A DNA stretch of 64,000 bases from Planctomycetota bacterium (GTDB lineage: Bacteria > Planctomycetota > Planctomycetia > Gemmatales > Gemmataceae), in NCBI GenBank assembly GCA_016191165.1, contig JACPPF010000050.1, positions 2,088 through 66,087 on the forward strand, given 5' to 3'. The position numbers and the translations under genes were made by a program. A model generated the notes under the pieces. That model ran no database searches and was not told the origin of the DNA. It worked only from the letters and a program-made list of their open reading frames with translations. Positions 36,654-45,667 of the stretch are shown piece by piece (within the stretch, counting starts at the first letter, position 1; every line of letters starts with the position of its first letter).

Positions 36654-36668
36654 GTTCCGGAAAAAGCA

Positions 36669-37877
36669 CTATTGATCGGACGTTTCCGTGCGATGCAGCC
36701 GCGCCGCCAGCCGTGTTGGCAACACCCAGAGTGAAGTGAAACCTTGCGCCCACTGATTGTCGAACAACTCAAGATTCGATTGATTGGCCAACCGACTGTC
36801 GTAGAGGCTGTGTGGGCTGCGTCGGCCTTGCACCGAGCCATGGCCCTTGAACAGCTTCAGCCGGACTTCACCCGTGACGTGTTTTTGGGTTTCGCGGAAA
36901 AAGCCATCGAGCGCCAGGCGTAGGTCGTGAAACCACAAACCCATGTACGCCAGTTCCGCGTAGCGCCGGCTAAGGAGTTCGCGCAGCTGAATCGTTTCCC
37001 GACTTTGCACCAGCGCCTGGAGGTCGCGATGGGCGGTCCACAGGATCGTGGGGGCGGGCGCTTCATAGAACTCGCGGCTCTTGATGCCGAACAGGCGATC
37101 TTCGACGACATCACTGCGGCCGACGCCGTACTGGCCGCCCAGGCGATTGAGTTCGCGCACCAGGGGCAGCAGTTCCATCGCCTGGCCGTTGAGGCTGATC
37201 GGAACCCCCGCGTGGAACTCGATGGTCAAGATGCAGGGCTCTTCGGGCGTTTCCTCCGGCGCCCGGGTGACGACATAGGCTTCCGGCGGCGGTTGCTGCC
37301 AGGCGTCCAGAAGGTCTTTAACGTACAGGCTCACGCCCCAGAGGTTGCGATCCACTTTCACGCGTTCTTGAATTGGTTCATCGATGGGAATATTGCGTTT
37401 CCGCGCGAACGCGAGCTTGTCCTGCGGGTTCTTCAGGTTCCATTCGCGCACCGGCGCCAGCACGCGCAGCTTCGGATCCTGCGCGGCAATGGCGGTCTCC
37501 ATGCGAACCTGGTCGTTTCCCTTGCTCGCCGCGGCATGGGCGACCAGGTCACAACCCTCCTCCCGGGCCAGGCGCACCAGCTCCTGCGCGATGACATAGC
37601 GGGCCAGCGCTGAGCCGAGGAAACAATTCGTTTGATAGACCGCGCCGGCTTGCAAGGTCGGCAGTGCGAAATCACGCAGGAACATTTCTCGACGATCAAG
37701 CACCTGGGCGGCGGCGGCGCCCAGATCCAGCGCAAGTTCGCCGACGGGTTCCAGATAGGTCTCCTGGCCCAGATCGATCGAAAGCGTGATGACTTCATGT
37801 CCGCGTTCGTGAACCAGCCAATATAAGGCCAGCCGGCTTTCAAAATCTCCATTGAATGCAAGGATAATGCGGGACAC
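36669..37877 (-). CDS. argininosuccinate-synthase-family protein with divergent active-site motifs
   Basis: Collinear with ArgG (KGNDQVR, NLWG, GRSDVVEDRLFGIKSRE.YE), but the PP-loop reads AFNGDFESR where AYSGGLDTS is expected. Confidence 0.8.
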   Translation of the reverse strand: MSRIILAFNGDFESRLALYWLVHERGHEVITLSIDLGQETYLEPVGELALDLGAAAAQVLDRREMFLRDFALPTLQAGAVYQTNCFLGSALARYVIAQELVRLAREEGCDLVAHAAASKGNDQVRMETAIAAQDPKLRVLAPVREWNLKNPQDKLAFARKRNIPIDEPIQERVKVDRNLWGVSLYVKDLLDAWQQPPPEAYVVTRAPEETPEEPCILTIEFHAGVPISLNGQAMELLPLVRELNRLGGQYGVGRSDVVEDRLFGIKSREFYEAPAPTILWTAHRDLQALVQSRETIQLRELLSRRYAELAYMGLWFHDLRLALDGFFRETQKHVTGEVRLKLFKGHGSVQGRRSPHSLYDSRLANQSNLELFDNQWAQGFTSLWVLPTRLAARLHRTETSDQ

Positions 37878-38085
37878 CGAGATGTTCTCCTGACACGAGG
37901 TAACTACGTTCTAACCTGGATGTGCGGAGATGTCCACGGCAAACGAAAGGGTTGGAAACACGAAACCGCCACGCGGACGACACAACGCAACGGGAATACA
38001 GGTCGATTGATGACGCGCAGCGGGTTAGTTGCATTTGATTCACGCAGGTAATAGATCAACAGGAAACTACAACCGAGTCAACATC

Positions 38086-39486
38086 ATGAACCCGTTCGAT
38101 GCCGCCTCGCCGTTTGACGCACGCTATTATTTCGCTGATCGCGCGTTTTTCGAGAAGCTGAATCCTTACGTGTCGGAGAACGCTCAGGTACGTTACCTGG
38201 CGCGCGTCGAGGCGATGCTGGCGCGAACGCTGGCCGACTTCGGCGTCTGCACGGAAGGCGTGGCCGCCGAGATCGCCCGCGCCGCCGAGGCGGTCCAACC
38301 CGCGGAGGTTTACGAGGAAGAACGCCGCATCCAGCACAACATTCGCGCGCTGGTCAACTGCATCAGCAAGGAGGTGAGCGCCGCGGCGAAGCCGTACGTG
38401 CATCTGTTCGCGACATCGGCGGACATCATGGACACCGCCCGGGCCCTGTGCCTGGTTGAGGTGACACGCGACGTGCTCGTACCGGATTTGATCGCCCTGG
38501 AACACCAACTAATTGGTCTGGCGCGGGTTCACGCGGGGACTCCGCAGATGGGCCGCACGCACGGCCAGCACGCCGTGCCGATGACGTTTGGTTTCGCCGT
38601 TGCTCTTTACGTCTCGCGCGTGGGTCAGCGGATCGAGAGCATTGTGAGTGCGGCGAAAAATTTGCGTGGCAAGTTCGCCGGGGCCGTCGGCGCGTACAAC
38701 GCCCTGGCGCTGTTGAGCCCCAATCCGGCCGAGGTTGAAGCGGCGTTGATGAAAAAGCTTGGTCTGGCGGCGCCGGAGATTTCCACCCAGGTCACGCAGC
38801 CGGAATATGTCGCCGACTACGTGTATGCACTTACCTCATGCTGGGGCGTGTTCGCCAACCTCGCGGATGATTTCCGCCATCTGCAACGCAGCGAGATTCG
38901 TGAACTAAGGGACAAGAAGGCGTCCGATCCCAGATCCCAGATCGTCGGCTCCTCGACGATGCCGCACAAGGTGAACCCCAAGGATTTTGAAAACATCAAG
39001 AGCATGTGGAAGGCGTACATGCCGCGCTTGACCACGGTGCTGATGGACCAGATTTCGGAACATCAACGCGATCTGACCAACTCGGCCTCGATGCGTTTTG
39101 TGATGGAACACGTGGCGGCATTCGCGTATGCGATCCATCGCCTGCGGATGACGCTGGAGGCGATTGAGCCGGACGCCGCGCGGATGCGTGACGTGCTGAA
39201 CGCGGGTAAGGATCCGATCGTCGCGGAGCCGTTGTACGTGTTGCTCGCCATGCACGGGCATCCTGAAGCGCATGAGAAAGCACGGGTGCTTGCCCGCGAC
39301 GCGCGGCAGTCGAACCGCCCGCTCTCCCAGATGTTGCGTGAGGACCCCAGCATCGCGGATTACCTGGCGAAGATGACCCCGGAACAGCTGGCGATCCTCG
39401 ACGATCCCGCGCGCTACCTCGGCGCCGCCGAACAACGGACCCGGGCGATCTGCGATGAATGGCAAAATCGCCTCGCTCCCCCATGA
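38086..39486 (+). CDS. purB: adenylosuccinate lyase (fumarate-lyase superfamily)
   Basis: SPFDARY, ATSADIMDTA, GRTHGQHAVPMTFG, and the lyase-1 signature GSSTMPHKVNP. Confidence 0.8.
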   Translation: MNPFDAASPFDARYYFADRAFFEKLNPYVSENAQVRYLARVEAMLARTLADFGVCTEGVAAEIARAAEAVQPAEVYEEERRIQHNIRALVNCISKEVSAAAKPYVHLFATSADIMDTARALCLVEVTRDVLVPDLIALEHQLIGLARVHAGTPQMGRTHGQHAVPMTFGFAVALYVSRVGQRIESIVSAAKNLRGKFAGAVGAYNALALLSPNPAEVEAALMKKLGLAAPEISTQVTQPEYVADYVYALTSCWGVFANLADDFRHLQRSEIRELRDKKASDPRSQIVGSSTMPHKVNPKDFENIKSMWKAYMPRLTTVLMDQISEHQRDLTNSASMRFVMEHVAAFAYAIHRLRMTLEAIEPDAARMRDVLNAGKDPIVAEPLYVLLAMHGHPEAHEKARVLARDARQSNRPLSQMLREDPSIADYLAKMTPEQLAILDDPARYLGAAEQRTRAICDEWQNRLAPP

Positions 39487-39499
39487 ACGCGTTGTAGCG

Positions 39500-39535
39500 C
39501 GCTCGCCCAGGGCGAGCGGCCAAACAATTTTTTTT
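39500..39535 (+). terminator. probable terminator of the purB-like gene
   Basis: CGCTCGCC-CAG-GGCGAGCG hairpin (related to the 53960 palindrome arm), followed 10 nt later by T8. Confidence 0.5.
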
Positions 39536-39608
39536 GACCGGCCGCCACTTCGTGACCTATGCTTTTTTCAGCATTCTCTCCAAATGCCCCGGACGCGGAG
39601 ATTCCCTA

Positions 39609-40577
39609 ATGCTGATTCTTGGCGATCAAGGCCATTATCACGGTCGGTTTCCCTGGGTGACGGCGTCGCTGGTCGTCGTCAATGTGCTTGTTTTCATGGC
39701 CCAGCTAGTTCTCGGCGAGCCGTTCACCAATGGTTTCAGCCTGGTGCCCGAGGAAATCACGACCTTCCGCGATCTGACCGGAACCAAATATCACAAGGTC
39801 AAGGTCGAGGTGCGCGGGCATTACGACCACGGCAAGCGCAAGTATCAGCCCAGATACGAGACGAAAAGTTTCCCGATCCGCCACTATACCGGGCCGTTCC
39901 CAACCTTTCTCACGCTATTTACGTCCATGTTCATGCACGGCGATGTGTTCCACCTCATCGGCAACATGTGGTTCCTGCTCGTGTTCGGCCGCAATGTGGA
40001 GTGCGCGATGAGTCATGGCCGATTTCTGGCGTTCTACATCGCGTGCGGCATCTGCGCCGGACTTGCGCATGTATTGAGCGACCTGCATTCGATCATTCCA
40101 TGCCTGGGCGCGAGCGGGGCGATTTCTGGAATCATGGGGGCGTACATCTCGATCCATCCGCTCAACAGCATCAAGGTCTGGTTCGGGTGGTGGATCGGCG
40201 TTCTCGAAATCCCGGCGCTGATCGTGATCGGCGTCTGGTTCCTTTTGCAATATCTTTCCGCGTTCATTTCCCTCGACGACGAATCCGGTCTGGGTGGTGT
40301 CGCCTACTGGGCCCACCTCGGCGGCTTCACGGCGGGATTCGTGATCCTGCGCGGCATCGTCTTTTATCTTCGTCGCCAGCAGGCCGATGGCGAATTGACG
40401 GAGGAGGAACCGCTCGCCCCGGTGGAAAAAGACGTGCTCTCCGACTCGGTCCCGCCGGCGCATGTGCCAAATCCGCTCGAAGAAACCGAGGTCGCCGCCG
40501 GAGCGCCGGATCCGTTCGCGAGCTTCCTTTCCGTGCAGACCTTCCGAAAACTTCAAGAGAAGGAACACGTCGGATAG
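39609..40577 (+). CDS. rhomboid-family intramembrane serine protease
   Basis: FMHGDVFHLIGNMWFL and the catalytic GASGAISG and AHLGG motifs. The ORF opens at 39534. Confidence 0.85.
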   Translation: MLILGDQGHYHGRFPWVTASLVVVNVLVFMAQLVLGEPFTNGFSLVPEEITTFRDLTGTKYHKVKVEVRGHYDHGKRKYQPRYETKSFPIRHYTGPFPTFLTLFTSMFMHGDVFHLIGNMWFLLVFGRNVECAMSHGRFLAFYIACGICAGLAHVLSDLHSIIPCLGASGAISGIMGAYISIHPLNSIKVWFGWWIGVLEIPALIVIGVWFLLQYLSAFISLDDESGLGGVAYWAHLGGFTAGFVILRGIVFYLRRQQADGELTEEEPLAPVEKDVLSDSVPPAHVPNPLEETEVAAGAPDPFASFLSVQTFRKLQEKEHVG

Positions 40578-40691
40578 CGACGCTTTACGAGCCGCGACCG
40601 TAAGGGGAGCGGTTGGCGGTACAAGCTGCCCTAACGGTCGCGGCTCGGGAAAGACAAATCGGGAAGTCATTTCGCCGGCGTCACCAGGCGG

Positions 40692-41870
40692 CTACCCCAT
40701 CACGCCATACCCATAGGGCGTCTTCACCGGATCGTTCTCATCAAACCGCGCATAACGCAGCGCCGCGATGTCCAGCGCCGACGCCTTGCCGTCCACGATC
40801 AGTTCGGCCATCAGTTGACCGACAATCGGCGCCATCTTGAAACCATGCCCGCTGAAGCCGACGGCGCAATAGGCGCCTTCCAGGCCTGGCAGCTTGTCGA
40901 TGATCGGATGCCAATCCGGCGTGATCGCGTACAGCGCGCCGTATCCACCCCGCCCGTAGCCGCGGTGCATCGCGGGATAGCGCCGGCTCAGACGCTGCCG
41001 CACGCTCGGCAGGAAATCGCCGTCGGCGGCCTCGTTGTATTGATCCGGATTGACCGGTTGCTTGATCTCCTCGCCCGCCAAACTCCCGGCGTGAATCATC
41101 TCGCCATGCGTCGGCTTGAAGTAAATGCCCTGCACGAAATCGCAATACACCGCGGAGCGTCGGCCAAAATCGGCGGGCCTTCGATAAAGCGCCACCTGCG
41201 TCCGGCATGACTGCACGGGCAGTTTGACGCCGAGGTCCTTGCCCAGTTGCGCCGCCCACGGCCCGGTTGCCAGGACGACGCACGGGCAGTTGTAACGTCC
41301 TTCGTTGGTCTCGACTCCGACGACCTTGCCCTTTTCGGTCACGACGCTGTTGACCTCGACCCCCAGGCGGAAGTCCGCCCCGTCGCGCCGGGCGGCTTCC
41401 GCGTAGGAAGATACGACCTGCACCGCCTCGACGAAGCCCGCCTCCGCCTCGTAGATCGCAATCTCGTCCTCGCTGAGCCGGGCGTTGGGATCGATGTCCG
41501 CCAGCACCTGCCCGGACACAGGGCGAACATCCACGCCGAGTTCTTGCTGCATCTGCACGTTGGCGTCGAGCCCGGCCTTGTCTTTTTCATTGACCACGAG
41601 CACCATGCCGGTGCGCGTGAAGACGGGCGGGCCGCCAACGATCTGGTCGAACTGCTCGAAGACGCGCAGACTCTTTTGCGCCATGGTGGCCGTGAGCCGA
41701 TTGGAGTAGTGCTGCCGGACGATCGCCCCTGACTTGCCAGACGAGCCGGCGCCGAGGTACGATTTCTCCAGGAGCACGACCCGGCCCGCTTTGCGCCGGG
41801 CGAGGTTCCAGGCCATGCTGGCGCCCATGACGCCGCCGCCGACGATGAGGATGTCGCAATTAACTGCCAT
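40692..41870 (-). CDS. FAD-dependent oxidoreductase (DAO / sarcosine-oxidase-beta-like)
   Basis: N-terminal dinucleotide fold ILIVGGGVMGASMAWNLA. DAO-family length and C-terminal GFSGHGFK. Confidence 0.85.
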   Translation of the reverse strand: MAVNCDILIVGGGVMGASMAWNLARRKAGRVVLLEKSYLGAGSSGKSGAIVRQHYSNRLTATMAQKSLRVFEQFDQIVGGPPVFTRTGMVLVVNEKDKAGLDANVQMQQELGVDVRPVSGQVLADIDPNARLSEDEIAIYEAEAGFVEAVQVVSSYAEAARRDGADFRLGVEVNSVVTEKGKVVGVETNEGRYNCPCVVLATGPWAAQLGKDLGVKLPVQSCRTQVALYRRPADFGRRSAVYCDFVQGIYFKPTHGEMIHAGSLAGEEIKQPVNPDQYNEAADGDFLPSVRQRLSRRYPAMHRGYGRGGYGALYAITPDWHPIIDKLPGLEGAYCAVGFSGHGFKMAPIVGQLMAELIVDGKASALDIAALRYARFDENDPVKTPYGYGVMG

Positions 41871-41878
41871 GGGAAACG

Positions 41879-42038
41879 AGTGGTTAGTGGTTAGTGGTTA
41901 GTAATTGGTGGTGAGTAAAGTAGTCGCTGGGGAGAAGCCAGGAGGCGTTGGCCCCGAGTCGGTAAGGATGAGGGCCTGGCCTGGCAAACGCCTTTTCACG
42001 CATCCCTCACCACTCACCACTCACCACTTTTCACTACT
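41879..42038. repeat. heptamer-repeat inverted pair: (GTGGTTA)x3-GTAATTG-GTGGTGA-GTAAAGT ... (CTCACCA)x3-CTTTTCA flanking an about 80-bp core
   Basis: Read directly. Occupies nearly the whole cysK / FAD-oxidoreductase intergenic gap. Confidence 0.85.
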
Positions 42039-42990
42039 CCGGAAACAGCGGCGTCGAAAGATAGCGCTCGCCCAGGTCGGGCAGAACGACGACGATCATC
42101 TTGCCCGCGCTTTCGGGGCGCTGCGCGACCTGGATCGCCGCCCACGCGGCTGCGCCGCAGCTGATGCCGCACAACATGCCTTCTTCCTTGGCCAGGCGGC
42201 GCGCGGTTTCAAAGGCGTCCTCGTCCTTGACCTGGATGACCTCATCGATGATCTTGGTATTAAGCACGCCTGGGATGAAGCCCGCGCCAATGCCCTGAAT
42301 GCGGTGCGGCGACGGCGTCGGCGTTTGCCCGGCAAGCTTTTGCGTGATGACCGGGCTGGCAACCGGCTCCACGGCGATCGCCTTGAACGAGGGTTTCCGC
42401 TGCTTGATGACCTCGCTGACCCCGGTGATCGTTCCTCCCGTGCCAACGCCAGACACCAGCATATCGACCTTCCCTTCCGTGTCGTTCCAGATCTCCTCGG
42501 CCGTCGTCTTGCGATGAATCTCCGGATTGGCGGGATTCTCAAACTGCTGGGGCATGAACGATTTCGGATAGCTTGACAGCAGTTCCTTGGCCTTCTCGAT
42601 CGCGCCGGTCATGCCGCGTTCGCGTGGCGTGAGCACGATCTCGGCGCCGAACGCCTTCAACAGGCGCCGGCGCTCCAGGCTCATGCTTTCCGGCATGGTG
42701 ACGACGAGCTTGTACCCGCGCGCCGCGCAGGTGAACGCCAGGCCAATGCCGGTATTGCCGGAGGTCGGTTCGACGATGACGGTGTCCTTGGTAATTTTGC
42801 CATCGCGTTCGCCCGCGTCGATCATGGACACGCCGATGCGATCCTTCACCGACCAGAGCGGATTGAAGTTCTCCATCTTGGCAAGCACCGTCGCCTTGGC
42901 ATCGCCGACCACGCGCCGAAGCCGAATGAGCGGCGTGTTGCCAATCGTTTGCGTGATATCGTCAAAGATTCTGCCCCGTCCAGCCGCCAT
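42034..42990 (-). CDS. cysK: cysteine synthase A (O-acetylserine sulfhydrylase)
   Basis: [12 protein letters not shown] lysine in [29 protein letters not shown]. Confidence 0.9.
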   Translation of the reverse strand: MAAGRGRIFDDITQTIGNTPLIRLRRVVGDAKATVLAKMENFNPLWSVKDRIGVSMIDAGERDGKITKDTVIVEPTSGNTGIGLAFTCAARGYKLVVTMPESMSLERRRLLKAFGAEIVLTPRERGMTGAIEKAKELLSSYPKSFMPQQFENPANPEIHRKTTAEEIWNDTEGKVDMLVSGVGTGGTITGVSEVIKQRKPSFKAIAVEPVASPVITQKLAGQTPTPSPHRIQGIGAGFIPGVLNTKIIDEVIQVKDEDAFETARRLAKEEGMLCGISCGAAAWAAIQVAQRPESAGKMIVVVLPDLGERYLSTPLFPE

Positions 42991-42999
42991 GTGGTTTCT

Positions 43000-43290
43000 C
43001 CTTGAAAGTGAAGAATGTCCAAGGGCGAGTTTAGGCCAAAGTCGGGGTGGAAACAAGGTGCGAGGCGGAGAACGTGGTAGAGGTTGTCCCACTTGGTGAT
43101 GTCGCGTTTGTCGCCGAGCGGCGCGGCGTAAGCCCGCCGTGGTTGCGCTGCCGTTTCGGTCGGCGTCGCGTCCCCCACGGCGAGGCACGGCGGCCTCACG
43201 GCCGCCGCTCGGTCGGCGCTCGCATCACCATAACGCGCCCGAAACTGCTCCAACGCCCAATCGGTGATGTTCCCGCGGCGATTGCTGCCG
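43000..43290 (-). pseudogene. remnant resembling the C-terminal domain of a type ISP (COG4889-like) restriction-modification enzyme
   Basis: The minus-strand frame reads [18 protein letters not shown]...(GC-rich palindromic insert)...[11 protein letters not shown]. This resembles the ...F...YG..ITKEDIFYYVYG... block of type ISP C-terminal domains as I recall it. No start codon and no continuation. Confidence 0.35.
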
Positions 43291-43323
43291 GCTTTGGCTT
43301 AGACGTAGAAGGGGTTAGCAATC

Positions 43324-44288
43324 TCAGAGGTCGCAAAGCCAGCTACAAAGCGACGCGACTTGATCATCGCAGGTGAGATTCGCCGCGTTCGTCAGTCTTC
43401 CATCCTGAAGCTGTTCCCAGATTTCGCCAGCCATTTTCTCCGCGATTGCGCCGCCGACATAAAAAATCGGTGGATTAAGGACCTGTTTTCGGAATGCTTC
43501 GCGTATTCGCGCCAAGGCAGTACCAGCCGTCTTCCAGTGCTCGTCGGCCCCAGCGGGATCTATGCCGCCTTTCAATTCCCCAAGCGCCAGATACCGTGCC
43601 GGATTCTCGATAACCGTAGTTTGGTCCTCGTCAGGCGAGCAGTCAAGCAAACACACGTCGACGGAGTTCCTAACAGTCGGCACACGCATGTTGAATGCAA
43701 GGGTTCGCAGGTGTTTGCCTTTGGCCCAGGTCAGGCCGCGCAAGTCCGATTCGATCCCGGCGATTCCAGACGCCGGGACCTCGGCCCAAGTGTTGGTTGG
43801 CCCATGAAGCCAACGGAACGGAATTCCCGCGTTGTTTAACGAAGCCATGAGAGCACGAACCAATTTACGCTGTCCGAGAATGCCCGAAACATTCGCATCG
43901 AACCGCCAAGTGAGTCGCCGCGCGTCAAGAGGAAGCGAAACACCAACTCTTCGACGAAGACATCGCCCACGGGTTCGAGAAATTCGGTAATCAAGTTCTC
44001 GATCGCGATGTCCCGCTCGGCTTGAAGAAAATGCCCTGCCGCCTTGTCGGAGACACCGGCTGCCGTGAGAAGCGCGCTCTGAATTCGTTCGATGTCACGC
44101 AACAATTCCGGCGATCTTGCCGTTGCTGCGTTGACTTTCAAGTCGCGCCCCTCGGCCACGAAGGGAGTTGCTCGGCGATTTTGTTCTAACGCGAGCGCAA
44201 TAAAACCGGCCCGCGTGTTTTGGGCGGTTGTGATGAGATCCTGTACGCTCTTCAAGTGCCTCCGAAACGGTTTCATTTTTTTCGCCAT
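43324..44288 (-). pseudogene. type II restriction endonuclease, disrupted by a frameshift
   Basis: Two overlapping ORFs in different frames (44300-43836 and 43863-43324). They splice into one protein if a single A is added near 43890-43896 (GGSMR|NVSGILGQRKLVRAL). Has a PD-(D/E)xK-like LALGELKGG motif. Overlaps the MTase stop. Confidence 0.6.
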
Positions 44289-45664
44289 ACGTAAACACAC
44301 TTTCTTAGTTGATCCCGTCCGTGCGCTCCCATTTGCTGACTGCTGTTTCCCTTCCCTACGGGGAGCACAAGGATTTGGTCAACGGTGAGCCCCAGTTGTT
44401 CGGCGAGGTCGGACAAGATCAGATCGACGGGGATGCTCGCTCCTCCGTAACGTACGTTATCATTTACCATGAATAAGTACCCTCCCGGCTTAAGCATGCG
44501 TGAACATTCCCAGATGACGCACGCCATCTCGTAGAAATAACCGCGGACCATCCGCGCGATTCCGGGGTTATTGAGTTCGCCGGCCTCTTTCAATGCTTCC
44601 AAGTATTCCAGTACGGCCTGTAAGACGGCTTGGTTATTTGCGGCATCGACTGCCTTGGCCCAAGCGGGATTCATTTCCAGCATGTCCTTGGCTCGGTTCT
44701 CCACGGTGCAACTTAACATCTTCTGCCGTAACTCGGTCAATTCGATTTCGTCTACATCTAGAGCGGCCAACTCAAGGGCATAGGTTCGCGTGTAGTCGTA
44801 GCGATTGCAGTATGGTGGCGAGGTAATGATCGCGGAATACGTCCCATCGGAAAGCGATGGGAGTACGTCCAGGCATGATCAGTCTATGAGAATCTCGCGC
44901 AGCTTGTTCGAAATGGCTTCGTCGAATGGCAGAATCCGCCCCTTGTTGAAATCGTTAAGGCCTTCGCGACGGCCAGACCGGTGATCCCACCGGAGATATT
45001 GTCCGTCCTTGCGCGTAAAGCTGACGGATTCCAAAACGCACAAAAGTGCAAAGCGCAAGACGTGCTGGACTTCCTTTTTCTCTGCTTGCCACGCACCGAT
45101 GAATCGTTCGATATCGACCAGCGTCTGCGGTGGATACGCCCCTTTCGTGATGCGAAGCACGGGCAACGCCACTTTGAACCTAGAGTGTTTCCATGGTTGT
45201 TCGTCAAGCCAGCGCTGTAACGCTGCGCGGTTTGGATTACTAAGTTTCTTAAGCGCGAGGCGCGTTTGGATAATCTGCTGTCCAATCGGCAACAATTCGA
45301 TCCCATCCGAATCGAATCCCAAGGAGGAAGAAGCGAATAAGGTCGTGCCCATCCCCGCAAAAGGGTCAAGAATGGGGCCCGGCGGGACAGGATAGTTGAG
45401 CAGAAGATACTCGACAAGCGAGGCAGAGAATGCTTCCTTGTACTTGTACCAACGATACCCAGGACGTTCCTTATTAGCCTGAAAGCTGACTATCTGTCGA
45501 TTCAAGGCCGGTTGCTTGCATAATCGTCCGTTGAAATCTTGCGCAAGCTCGGTGTCCAGCTGCATGATCTCCCGGAGCCGGCGAAGATACTGCGGAGAAG
45601 CATTGGAAATGACGTCCATGATCGTTTTTCTCGCCAATTTTGAGCCGCGTAGGCTCTTCCACAC
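44273..45664 (-). pseudogene. alpha-class N6A/N4C DNA methyltransferase interrupted by one in-frame TGA
   Basis: Motif I ILDPFAGMGTT sits in the upstream ORF. Motif IV IITSPPY lies in the unannotated stretch 44771-44878. Both ORFs share one frame (45664-44770 = 894 = 3x298). A single TGA at 44879-44881 separates them. Confidence 0.7.
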
Positions 45665-45667
45665 CGA

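Noticed and set aside
44879-44881. In-frame TGA in the methyltransferase as selenocysteine or programmed readthrough
   Set aside because: I see no SECIS-like hairpin immediately downstream, and no known selenoprotein MTases. The partner endonuclease is also disrupted, which favours pseudogenisation (or a sequencing error).
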